Positions 1-12,700 of a stretch of 64,000 nucleotides of DNA are shown here, in pieces. How positions within the stretch are numbered: position 1 is the first letter of the stretch; every line of letters starts with the position of its first letter. Location of the stretch: NCBI GenBank assembly GCA_021613535.1, contig CP075496.1, forward strand, positions 3,286,001-3,350,000. The letters are read 5' to 3'. Source of the DNA: Adineta vaga (taxonomy: Eukaryota; Animalia; Rotifera). Position numbers and translations under genes: made by a program. The notes under the pieces were generated by a model. It made no database searches. It was not told the origin of the DNA and saw nothing but the letters and a program-made list of their open reading frames with translations.

Positions 1-56
1 ATTTTAACGGCATAATCAATTGCTCGTTTGACACCAACTAAAATTCGTATTGCCAT
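1..56 (-). CDS. ETFB: Electron transfer flavoprotein beta subunit, N-terminus (runs off window)
   Basis: Minus strand from ATG at 56 reads MAIRILVGVKRAIDYAVKI, matching the conserved ETF-beta N-terminus (LVxVKRVIDYAVKIRV). The ATG is directly preceded by TTTTCAG. Confidence 0.8.
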   Translation of the reverse strand, partial: MAIRILVGVKRAIDYAVK

Positions 57-85
57 CTGAAAACAGAGAAAGAAAGACAAACAAT
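57..85 (-). promoter_or_regulatory. Polypyrimidine tract plus CAG acceptor abutting the ETFB ATG (candidate trans-splice acceptor)
   Basis: Minus strand: tttgtctttctttctctgttttcag|ATG. AATAAA hexamers at 104-109 and 134-139 (minus) lie between it and the BRX1 stop. Confidence 0.55.
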
Positions 86-174
86 TTCAATCATTGTTTT
101 GTTTTTATTCTTCTAACAAACAATCAATATGATTTTATTCAGATTGAATAATAACAATAACAAAAACAACATCC

Positions 175-1289
175 TTATTCCGAATCGTCATCGTCGTCAT
201 CGTCATCGTCGTCGTCATCATCATCGTCATGATTGGGTGGTGGTGGTGCTGGTGTTTGAAAAATTTCATCAGTTTTATCATATGGAAAACTTTCTTCGGG
301 TTTCTTTTGTTCATAAGCGAGTTTTTGATGAATACGTTGTTGATATTTACTTGATGCTTCAGCTTTCGCTAAATGACGTTTCAAATTCGGTGCAACATAT
401 AATGGATTTTCATAGATCAACATTCCGGAAAAACTTTTCTCGAAAATACAATGTAAATTAAGAACAAATCTAAGTAAAAAACAAAATTTCAAGAAGATTG
501 TTTAAAAAAAAACAAACAATCGATTTACCTTGGACCAATTTCAGCTAATGATCCATTTTCTTCAACAATTTGATAGTTTCTTAACCAAACTTTATTATCA
601 ATGATAGAAAATGTTAGAACATGATCAATGAATGGTTGAGATTTGGGATGTGATTTTGGTGTACCGAAAATTTGTGTAAATAATTCTTTAATTAATTTCC
701 AATGTGGTTCATCATCAAATTTCTTATCAAATGACAATAATGGTCGTGAACCACGTAAACAATTTCCAGTTAATTTCAATCCTTCCATTGTATGTAAATT
801 TTCAACAAGAAATTTTACTGTTGGACCATCAGGTACTGAAGCCATCCATAAATAAAGATCACGTTTTTTTTTCATATCGAAAAACAGGATCTTATTACAA
901 TTACGTAATTCAGCTATTTCATTAAGAACAGAGAAATTTTTACGTAATTCAGCTTTCGGTTCACTTTTAGAATGTGCCATTAATCCACGAAGATTTTTCA
1001 TCACATGACGTGCTAAATAAGATATTCCACGCGATGAAAATATCAACACACGTTGTTTATTAATCCAGGTTGATTTCATCGATTGAACCGTATCGGATGA
1101 ACGTGTTGATGGTAAACGTTGCACTATGGATGAAGTCGAAGTCGGTGCTGGACCTAAACGACGAATATTCAACGATTCATCATTGTTATCTTTATCGAGT
1201 TGTTCTTGTCGACGAAATTTTCTTGATCTTTTTTCAGGTCGATTTTGTGCAACTGTGGGAGCTGATTTACGTTTATTGGTTTTAGGCAT
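175..1289 (-). CDS. BRIX1: Ribosome biogenesis protein BRX1 (Brix domain), 2 exons (1289-529, 469-175)
   Basis: Motifs WINKQRVLIFSSRGI, GPTVKFLVENLHTM, GNCLRGSRPLLSFD, HPKSQPFIDHV, EIGPR|FVLN. 59-bp GT-AG intron at 470-528. Poly-Asp C-terminal tail. Confidence 0.95.
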
Positions 1290-1454
1290 GATATGAAAAA
1301 TCTAAAGAATTAATTTTGATAAAAATTCTTATTTGTACAAATAAAAAAGAATAGAAATCTATCGAAAGAAGAAGTAAAGTAAGTAAGTACGATTAGTAGA
1401 TATTCAAAATTTCCAATCAAATTCTATGGAATAGACTTCATTTATCATTCATTT

Positions 1455-1559
1455 ATATTGAGGTCGGATAGAGGTCAGTTGTAGACTGATCTACGACTTG
1501 CTATAGAATATTCTCGTCTTACAGATGTCATCACTAGACATGCGATAAGAAATACATTT
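1455..1559 (+). ncRNA. Candidate H/ACA-box snoRNA-like structure
   Basis: Hairpin (AGGTCG/CGACTT, AGGTCAGT/ACTGATCT), then hinge AGAATA (ANANNA, 1505-1510), then hairpin (TCTTA/TAAGA, ATGTC/GACAT), then ACA at 1554-1556 followed by TTT. No target identified. Confidence 0.35.
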
Positions 1560-1907
1560 GAAAGAAGTGTTCAAATAAGTTTTTTTTCATAAATATCTTT
1601 CTTTAATTAACATAATTAATACTAACTTTTTAGAATGAATTAATATTCTCATTATCATTCAGAATCGGGTTCAACCAATCCTATTTCGACAGTTTGAAGA
1701 ACTGCGTACATACCTATCGACCGTCCGTCGTCAGTTGTCGATTGCATACCTCTTTCTTTCTGTGATCATTCATATCACAAGACCTACAATGATTAATTGT
1801 TCGTATTATTCTTCTATATGATTGAAAAACATCATTTTTATTGTTAGTTTACAATAGAAAACAAGTACAGTATACAACACACTGGAATAAATGGTAGTTT
1901 TTTAAGT

Positions 1908-2905
1908 TTATTTTCGTTTCCATTGAGAAATAACATAATTAGCACTACGATTGCGCCGAAATTGTGGATTTAAATTAATATTATGCCAACGTGATCGACC
2001 AGGAGAAGATATATCTTTGTTTTCCTTGACATCGCTTGCTATTGAATTTTTCTGTTGATTTACTGTTGGTAGATCATTAGATAATTCGAGATTAGTTTGT
2101 TGTAGCCGAGATTTGAGATTTTCGAATACATTAGATTCAGAATTCGTTTGTTGATTCGTAATTTTGGTTTCATTTAGTGGTTTGAGAGTCGTATTTGATT
2201 TTGAATATGTATTTGGAGTTGATAGAAAACGTACTCTAGTTGGTGATCGTTCATTGTTTTTTATAGAAGAATGTTGAGGAAATTTTTTTAGACTAATTGG
2301 ACTGGCGTAAGTTGTTTTTAAAATGAAGGGTTGAGATAATGAACGAGATTTAGAAAGTTTTTCCGGTTTTCGAATCTCCGGAGTAGATGTTTTCGATTTA
2401 AGACGCGAAAGAAATTCTAATTCTAATTTTCGTAATGTCCAAGATGGATTTTGAGATAAAATATTCGGAGTGACGACTGGTCGACCAGTACTTTTTGGTG
2501 AGGGTCGATCAGAATCTCGATTGTTATAAACAGTTTTTCCTCGCTCAGCTGCTGCTTGTTGAAAGTCTGACCCATTGCAATCCCCTCGTTGTTTTTTACG
2601 ATAACAATCTAATAAAACAAATTAAAAAAGTTATGAATAACTAATTTTCCATTAGAAAACGAACTTCCACAATAGATATCATCGCCTTCTTCATTAAGTG
2701 ATGATGCATTTAAACTTCGTTTACATATCCGACAGCAAAAACATCGATTATGATAGATCTAAATGAAAACATTTCGAAAATTTTTTCGCTGAAAAATTGT
2801 TCATTCACTTACATGATTAGCAGTTTTCTTCTTTTCTAAATCGTAGACAAGTGCTCCACATTTAAAGCATTTATTAGTTGTACAGATAGATCGTTCAATA
2901 ATCAT
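1908..2905 (-). CDS. Single LIM-domain protein (CSRP/MLP-type LIM plus a long Ser/Lys/Arg-rich tail), 3 exons
   Basis: Spliced translation MIIERSICTTNKCFKCGALVYDLEKKKTANH|IYHNRCFCCRICKRSLNASSLNEEGDDIYCG|NCYRKK..., then an open frame to TAA at 1908-1910. Absent from the ORF track. Confidence 0.85.
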
Positions 2906-3667
2906 CTCCGTTCTGTTTTCTAAATGATTAGAAGAATAACGTAAGAAACTGATTTTATATCGAATGAAAAGAATTTCAGAGCTTTATTTAATGAAGGTCA
3001 TTAGAATTTATATATATATATAAGAAAGAAAGTATATTGACCCTTTCAATATTTATTCACATTTCGTGACACATAGATTTCCTTCTCTCTATAGTCTTAT
3101 ACTCAACTCTTTGGCCATGGATTGTTCATGAACTTGACAGTTCTATTCATTATTCTTGAATTAGCCATCATTGTATGCTATATATTAATGCAGATAGAAA
3201 TGTAATACTAAAAAAAACGTAAACTTATTTGTAAAAGACTTGACGACGTTAAATTTTTATAATATATATATATATATATCTGTCCATCCACCCACCTCTT
3301 ACCTTTTGCCTGATAGTAATCAGTATCGAGGAAAGAAAATAATATATTGTATAGAAATTGTAGAGAAGAATAACCTAGGTAAATGTATTTATCAAAAGAT
3401 AATATGCATAACACTTATCATTTTTTCTTAATATTCAAATATTGTTTTCGTATCATTGCGTTGTTATCAGCCACGTTGATCAAATTTCGATTAAATTAGA
3501 AAATATTTTTAATGATGTTTTCTTTGATATAAACAAAAATAATCATTGTCATACGCAATATATCGACGTCATTTTCTCTTATACGTGATGATCATTGAGT
3601 ATTTGATCAGCAAAAGAAAAAAAAACTAAGAATGACCTTCGATTTTTCGTTTCAGATTTGTTTATAA

Positions 3668-5035
3668 ATGATGTTTCTTCGTTTAAGTCTTTGTATTTAT
3701 TTAACTTTATTTGTTGTCGATGGTCGTATGCTCAAAGAAAATCGACCATTACTTTCCGAAAATCTTGTTAGTGAAATCAATCGATTACAAACAACATGGA
3801 AAGCAGCACCATCAAAATTCATGTCATGGTCACAAGAATCTATTCGACGTTTAATGGGTGTTCATCCAGATTATTATGAACAACATCAACAATTACAAGT
3901 ACTTGAACATGAAGTACCTAAAGATATACCGGAAAATTTTGATGCACGTGAACAATGGCCTAATTGTCCAACATTGAAAGAAGTACGCGATCAAGGAAGG
4001 TTAGTTGTTATTGTCAAAAAATAATATTATTTTTTGAAAATAAAATTTTAATAAATTCTAGTTGCGGCAGTTGTTGGGCATTTGGTGCTGTTGAAGCTAT
4101 GTCAGATCGTATTTGTATTGCTTCAAATGGTGCTCAAAATGCACATATTTCAGCTGAAGATCTTGTTTGTATGTTATTTTCGAATCGTTTTTTATTGGTA
4201 AATCTTCCATTGAATTTCTTTAAGCATGCTGTCGAACATGTGGTTTCGGTTGTAATGGTGGTTTTCCACAAGCAGCTTGGTCATTTTTTAAAGGAAGTGG
4301 TTTAGTTACTGGTGGTAATTATAATTCAAATGAAGGTTGTCGACCATATACAATTGAATCTTGTGATCATCAGTATGTATACTTTACCTTTTAATGATAT
4401 ATTTACACTCTATTTGTTATTATTTTAGTGTTAACAAGACATTACCACCTGTAAGTTAGAAATCATTTATTTTTCTGTTTTCTATTGTTGTTTTCCTTTT
4501 CAATTACATAGTGCCAAGGTGAAGGTAAAACACCAAAATGTACAAAGAGCTGTATTGATACTTATTCAGTACAATATACTGATGATAAACATCATGGTGA
4601 TAGTGTTTATTCAATTAAATCAAATGAACAACAAATTCAAACTGAAATTATGAAAAATGGACCAGTTGAAGGTGCCTTTACTGTCTATGCTGATTTTCTT
4701 TTATACAGTTCAGGTGTCTATAAACATACATCAGGATCTACACTTGGTGGTCATGGTTTGTATCAGTCTTTCCTTGCCATTGATGTATGTTAATTTGAAT
4801 TTATTTTCTAGCTATTAAAATTCTTGGATGGGGTGTCGAAAATTCCACACCATACTGGCTTATTGCTAATTGTAAGTTTAGTTTTATTCAGATTTTAGTT
4901 TAAGATTTATTCTAATGTTTGTATTTAGCATGGAATCAAGATTGGGGTGATAATGGTTTCTTTAAAATTCTTCGTGGTAAAAATGAATGTGGTATTGAAG
5001 GTGGCATTGTTGCTGGTGCACCTAAAATCAGTTAA
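3668..5035 (+). CDS. CTSB: Cathepsin B (multi-exon)
   Basis: Signal peptide and propeptide, [15 protein letters not shown]|[24 protein letters not shown], occluding loop CDHH-VNKTLPP-CQG, GGH|[14 protein letters not shown]|SWN; ends GAPKIS*. Confidence 0.97.
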
Positions 5036-5572
5036 ATCAAATTAAAGATCTGAACTTTATCGTTTTATTTTCATTCTTTCATTTTTTTTTCTTCTTCTCT
5101 TTTATTCCTTGATAAACTTGCGAGACGATCTGATCCACTAGAAAAAACCAACTTATTGCATGTATATTTCTTGAAAAACTTATTCAATCTTTTAAAGATG
5201 TTTAATGTTATTTTCTTTTTTCGCACTTTATATTCATTCGTTTGCCTTGTAAAAGTTCTGCTTGTGAAACAAAATAAACGTTATATATATACGTAACAAA
5301 GCAATGTATTCTGATGAGCACTATCCGTTTTTTTGGTATTCATGAAATAACGATGCTTTCACGATAGTCTGGACTTGTATTATCCATGATGTGACATTTT
5401 GATTACTGTTAAAATCTTCTTTTGATGAGTTATTATATCTCTAAAGACAATCTTTCATTGGAATTGAAGTCTGACAAATCTCTAGTTCATCAAAAGATTT
5501 TATCGAAATGTCGACTATATATAGAGAAAGAGAAAAGTTCGAATAAACAAAATTGAATTGTCAACTTCAGAG

Positions 5573-6486
5573 ATGGCATCAATCTTCGGTCCTGTTGGTC
5601 ATTGTTTAACAATTCTCTCGATTATTATACTTTTATTGAATATTATATCGATCTGTATCTATTGCATTCCAATTCTATGTGTTCGACATCTTCGTACATC
5701 GAATAATTTAATCACAGTAAACGTATGTTTTGCATCGATTTTATGTGCAAGTTTTTGGATAATTTATTTCTCGTTAAAAATGTTTTTAACAAATTCTTTT
5801 GAGAATCAATTAGATAATTTTCTTCTTTATATACAAACAACGGTTAATTGTCAATCTGCTTTTTCATTATGTGTTCTATCAATCTATCGTTTTTGTTCTA
5901 TTATTTATGGAAATAAACGATGGTTTAATAGACGACGATCAATGATATTAACTGTTATTTCTCAATGGATTATGGCTTTTCTATTACCATTACCTATTTG
6001 GTATACAGACTCTAAAGTTTGAATATTTGATTTGATTTATAAAACAAAAATGTACTTGCTATTTCTTATTTGAATTTTTAGACATCTTCACAATCAACAT
6101 ATCCCATTTGGATATGGATTTATAATTTATGCTTGATTGTTATTCTCCCGACAACATTCGTAGCTATTCTTGATGGACTAATTTTTTCGCATGCACATCG
6201 CTCATTAAGACGGGTACAATCGAATGTCATAACACACCGTTCTCGACTTAAAAAACGAAATAAACATTTATTAAAACGTATGTTTTTTATGCTAATTGTT
6301 TCAATCAGTGGATGGACACCACTTTATATTGTCACTTGTTTAGAATCTCTTGATATTTCCATTTCACCAGTCATCTATCGAATTCTTTATTTACTTCCTC
6401 TAGTAGCTATTTCAATTGTTCTGGCAAATCTTTTTCTTTACAATCATTTTTTACGTCGTTATTTAAAGCAGAGATTCTTCACTTGA
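5573..6486 (+). CDS. Orphan rhodopsin-like (class A) 7TM GPCR, 2 exons (intron 6017-6081)
   Basis: Seven hydrophobic segments, SIYRF (DRY equivalent) after TM3, W in TM4, GWTP in TM6. Confidence 0.8.
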
Positions 6487-6755
6487 ATAAAATTCAATCA
6501 ATAGATCATAGTCGCGAATAATATTTATATTTGTCTGTGCAAAAAAAACAAAAAAAAGAAAACGAATCAATGATTTTGTTAAGACACGCATTGGAAGAAC
6601 GATTTTTTTTCTTTTCATTTTTTCGAATAGAGTAGAAAAAAACCAAACATAAACGACAAAAAAAACCAAGAAACAAGAGAGATTACAGGAAGAAGTGAGA
6701 CAAAAATATAGAAAAGAAAGACATAGAAAAATAGAATTATGGCTGTAAGGATAAA

Positions 6756-9700
6756 TTAAGTCGATGATATTGATACTGGCTCAATAATTTTTGTTAAGGC
6801 TGAATGTTCGTTCGATGATGAGTGAATTTTATTTTCTGACATGAAATTTGTTGAATCAGAATTGGTTGTAACACATAAAGGTGTTAAATATTTCCAATGA
6901 TTATAAGGAGATTCAATCGATGAACCAAGACCACTTGAGGAATGAGATGATGAACCTGTACTTGGTGGAGCTGAATGATCATTTGTTTGTTGATGATCTA
7001 TTGAATGTATTAATGGACGTGTCGAATCATTTGATGAATGCGTACAATAATGTCCACTACTACCACCACCGCCAGCCGATGACGATGAAAAACTTCGATC
7101 ACATAGATCATGCTGTTGATCATCTAATCAAATAGAGATTTGATTAAGAAAAGAAAACGTTTTGAAATGATAAAATGACGTACTTTCATTGATTGATGGT
7201 GTTGGTAAATGTTTCGGTTTTTGATGTCGTTGACATGTACCATGAAGATGAGGATAGGGATGAAAATGATGATAAGGTGTTCCATTTATTGGTGATGATA
7301 AAACAATTCCATTCACTTTTCTATTACTTGAATTATCTGATTTATTCAATGTATTTTTCATTGGAAATGTATCTGATGGATAGTTTATAATCCGATGATG
7401 AATGGGACATGTCGAGAGATTCGAACGTTCACTTGTATAACCAAATACGGCTAAACAAGAGAGGAAACTTTTACATATTCTTTATTATCTATTCTACACT
7501 TACTTGGTTGATTAAATGAACATGAATGATCTTCATATGGACTATGTGTACTATATGGTGTCAAGGTATGATAAAAATTATCTTGTGTATCATTATTAGT
7601 ATTCGGTTCATTATCCAAACGATTCATTGGATTAGAATTTAATCTGATTGTTCCATTATCGGTTGTGGTTGTTGAACTATGTGGTAAAGACGGTTGACCG
7701 TTCCAAATAATTGCTGGTTTAGAATTTGTTGGATATGCAAATGGAATCAATTTACCATCAACAGCAACAACACCATGTTGTAAACAAGGTGTCGTCGCAT
7801 AATCAGGATTGAGAGTTTTATGTAAACCATCACAATAAAATTCTGACGCATTAACAGATTTCATATGAGCTGAAATAAAAGAAGATGCCAATTCCAATAT
7901 CTTCGTGTAAACAGAAAATGAAATCCTACCGAGAAATTTTTTTCGTTGAAATATTCGTAATAAACACATGACAATGAGTATAATAATTAGAATGAGTAGG
8001 ATGCCAGCAATAATACCAATTGTTAAATAGAGCATATCAGAATTTTTATGTCCTGGTGTTGCGATAGGAGCTTCAGGTGTAGCTAAATCATGTATAATTT
8101 GTGTTGGATTTCGTATTTTAGTAATATTTTCCAGAATTTCATCTAGATTTTTTATTGAATCTTGCGAATTTGACTGTGAACGACGTTCTGTTATAGCTAA
8201 AAACAAATCAAGAAAAATACACTTTTCTACAACTAAATCTAATCATTTATTTACATGATGGAGTAGATATTTCAATTGAATTACTCATTGTACTTAATCC
8301 ACGATTTGAATAAGTTGCCATACGTAATTCATATTTTTCATTTGGTTCAATAGGTGATGAAATTGTATATGTATCAATTAATGGAAAACGTAAATTTGGA
8401 ATTGTTATTGTTGTGTAATTGTCATTTTTTCCATTGATTAAACGATAATAGATAATAAATCCATCGATTGTGTCAGTATCTGAATCGTTAACTTGCCATT
8501 TTAGATTAATTTGCCCATCAGATGTTATTCCTGCATCCATTATTTGTGGAATTGGAAGATTCATTTGATTGAAAGGTCGAACAATAAATCGTTTTGTTGC
8601 ACTTAACATTATTTGTTTTCCATTGGTATCAAATGTAATTAAACGAAATTTATAAACTTGATCATTTTCAAGATTCGATATTAGACCATGACTCGTAGAT
8701 TGATTATATATTTGAGTATCAGTAATCCATGCTGTTTTGGGATAAATTAAACGATATTGAATTTGAATATTAGTATCGATTTTGTCATTTCCTTTCCAAA
8801 ATAATTCAACAGCGTTATTATTGATTTGATTAATTTCTATAATATCAACTTTTCCTCCTAAAAAAAGGAACATACAAAACACTGTCGAATGAAAGATCTT
8901 TATCTTACCAGTACGAGTAGATGAAAATAGAACATTTTGTTTTTCTATAAAATACAAAAATAAAAATACATTTAGTTTTTCTTTTTCAATAAACTATAAA
9001 TTTTTGTACAAGAACACACAAAACTAACCAGGAACATTCATGTCCAAACCTTGTATATGAACATAGCATTTTGATGTACTAGTTCCAAAACCAATTTTCG
9101 ATGCAACACATTCATAAATTCCACTATCCGATTTTTGTGCTGATACAATACGTAGACCACCGGATGGAAGCATTTCATATCGACGCATTAAATTCAATTG
9201 TATCATTTCATTATTATGTAACCATTGAACTAGTGAACCTGTTTGAGTTAGACAATGTAATTGAACCGTTTCACCTTCATACACAGTTATATTATTCGGT
9301 CCAATAACGATAAGAGATTTCTTCGATGGAATTGCTTCATCGAGTTTTTCTATAACAAAAAATGTATTTTCGTAATGAATTGAAAATGAATATAGAAAAA
9401 CTTACTTTCAGATTTTGTACTATTTGAAAGAATAAGTACAGTACTTGCTTGAGCAATACCATATGCATTTCGACCTATACATTGATAAATACCCTCTTTT
9501 GGTTGATTCAATGATAAAATTCCTCCTAAAAGAAAAATATAGAAAATCAAATACTTTTTTCCTTTATATAATAGTACGGAAGTCATCGACTTTCAGATTC
9601 AATCAAGTTGAATACCTTTTCTTTGACTTTTTATCTTATATAATAATAAACGTCCGGTTATCTATCCTTCCGTTAAATGAAACATCTCTATTTACCTGTT

Positions 9701-12700
9701 ACAGGTGATCCGTTAATGATAATTTCTTCTCCATTATATAACCAAGTAATATGAGGTTCAGGTCGACCACGAAATCCACATTTAATTGACACACTCTCTC
9801 CTTGATTAATCCGTATGACTGAATCCGGACGTTGAATAATTTTCGGAGGTTCTAAAACAGCACAATAACAATAACAATTTTTCTCTCATTTTTCCAAAAA
9901 TTCATCTAGTTTTTACTTACCTAAAACTTCTAATAAAGCCGTATAGGCAATGTCTGATTGTCCATTGGAACTTGATGCTCGACATATATAAGTTCCTCGA
10001 TCATCCAAACGTATATCATATAAATATAAGGTTCCATGTAAAACTTCATTTCGTTTGTCAGGTAATATATCACCATATTTTTCCCATTCAACTGTCGGTT
10101 TAGGCCATCCACCAATGACACATTCAATCGAAAAATTATTTCCAACAAGTACTCTATTTAACGAACATAATTTATTTATAAGAAAAACGAGATCAATGTA
10201 CTCTACCTTGATGCAACAGGTGGTTTATAGACAGTTGTTAATGGTAAACGATCTTTCTGATTTGAAGGTTTATTTGCAATATTTAAAATAGTTATTTGAC
10301 TATTATTAACAATTTGTCCAGTAACAGAATTCTTTGCTGAACATTGATATTTTCCTGCATCGGTAGATTTTACATCAATAATATGTAAATTTCCACTAGG
10401 CAGAAGTTTATATCGATCTAAGAGAGATAGAGAGAAGAAACATTTGTTTTTTAGTTTTCTCAAAAGAAATCCTTTTTCATTGCTTCATTAACATACTTGA
10501 ATTCGGATCAAGTTCGATTTGATTATTATCTAAACTAAATATGGGAATTGGTCGAGGATTGCCATTGGGTAATTCACATGGGATAACAGCAATATTTCCT
10601 TCTGTTAGATTTAATATATTATTTTCATTAGATACTGTTTTAAATGGATCCAATGCTAAAAAAAAAGCAACAATAATGATAGATTATAATTGAATCAATG
10701 AATTCTTTCAACTGACAAACATCACTTTAGTCAATGAACAGATGGATTATTCAAAAATGCAAGATATATCTTTATGCATGCATACTCCACATGTCAACAT
10801 TTAAGTAAATTCAATTGAGGAATATTTCAACTGATCTTCCTCCTTCTCATTTTCTTTTCGTGTCTATCAAGCTGAGAGTAAAGAGAAAATGGACACTTGA
10901 CCCTTTTGTCTTTCGAAAAAAACATCTGTATATTCACAATTAACCAGTTCAATTTTTGACTGAGTACATTAGTACTGATGTTCATCATTGATTAGCTATT
11001 GAACAAATAGAAGAAGAAGGCGTACGCATCATTTTAGTTTTCAATTGTCTCCTGTAGGGAAGATGTGACGCCCATAACTAACTCGGATGTTTGCGAGCGA
11101 GAGGCGCCGGTCATCATCATCAATGTATGAACTCCAATTTCCGAAAAGAAGATATATATGTAAAGGATGAACATTAAAAGGAAGAGAAACCTTTCCTTCT
11201 TGTGCTAAGTGAATTACAGATAAAATAATATCCGGCTTAATATGTACGTGCATGACTGATGATTGTATGTCCATCCATCGAAGAAAGAAACATGAACAAG
11301 AGTTGCTCATTAGTCATTCGGATTTTAAGCAATGTTCATTAAATAATAAACGAAAGGATATTTATCATCTTTATGTCGTAACAATTCTGTCTGTGAGAAT
11401 GATTATATGTCGAGATATTCAATCAACACATACAATCGAATAACTTATGTTGCCGACATGGGAGAAAATTAGCTTGATGATATTAGTATATGAACAGACG
11501 CCGACAGATTCATATTAAAGCATAAATCTTGTTTTTTTTCGATAATTATAGAGACTGATCGACTATTTAGTTGTCTACATAGTCTTTTCTTTTCTTTTTC
11601 CTCCGCCTCTTTCTTTTAATCATAAGAAGAATGAATATACGGTGAGAAGACCTATATACATACATATATCTCTATGTATGTATATACATAAAATTAATGA
11701 TCATTATTGAAGATAGAATCCAACCTCCCGACTGGTCACTTATCTTCTTCTCTCTTTCGCTTTTATTCTTGATGTCGTTCCATCATTTTGATCGAAATTG
11801 CTCACGGCTGATCTTGACCTTTTTCTTCTTCATCTTTCTTCTTTCTTTTTGTGTGCAATGATTTCATCAAAACAAAACAATGATGACAGAATATCTACTC
11901 ATGGGAAATCCTATTTCTTCTTCTTCTTCTTCTGGTCATAGTCATCCCTCAAGCAAGATATATGTAAAAGGAAAGGGTGACATTTTGCTAGATTGTTGAT
12001 ACATAACCTATCTGTTTAACATATATTATTTCTAAGCCAAAGCTCGAGATGATCTATTGTGTATGCGATACAAGTCAAGAATGAACTTCCGTTGTCCGAA
12101 CAATAAATTGCCTAAGATTGTGCAATACAATGCATCGAACTAGGGATGTTCTCTAATTGCAAGGGAAAAGATAGAGAAAGAGAAAGAAGACATGTGCATA
12201 TATTCTCAACATTGAGCTGTTTACACATTCATACATCATATGAAGATTTCTTATTCAATTTATTCATTTTTATTCAAACAGAATAAGAGTCTATTTAGAC
12301 AACTGCTCATGTTCTTCATTATCTCGACAAGTTACTCGAAAATAAAAGCTCCATCGTCTCAAGGCAATTCCTTCTATATATATAAATATGATTTAATAAG
12401 TTTCTATGCCTTGTATATGTATGTTTAAGGCTCGAAAAAGTAAATAAAGAACTCTTCGCTCGGATCGAATCGCCTCCGATTATACACTTGACAGCATCAA
12501 AGCATACAGCATACATTCGGGCTATTTGATATTAATAATCAAACTAGAAGTTTACCATTCCTACTGGACAGGTCATCGACCCTCGTCTCTTTTGTTTCAT
12601 CGTTTGTATGGAGCGCAGACAATCGGACAACATTATACAAAGACGGAGGCAATGGAATCAAATTAACTATAGTAGCCGATACTCTACTTCTATTTTAACT

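Noticed and set aside
129-461. Plus-strand His/Arg-rich ORF and similar antisense or overlapping short ORFs across the track
   Set aside because: Shadow frames of real genes or microsatellite-derived; no independent coding signal.
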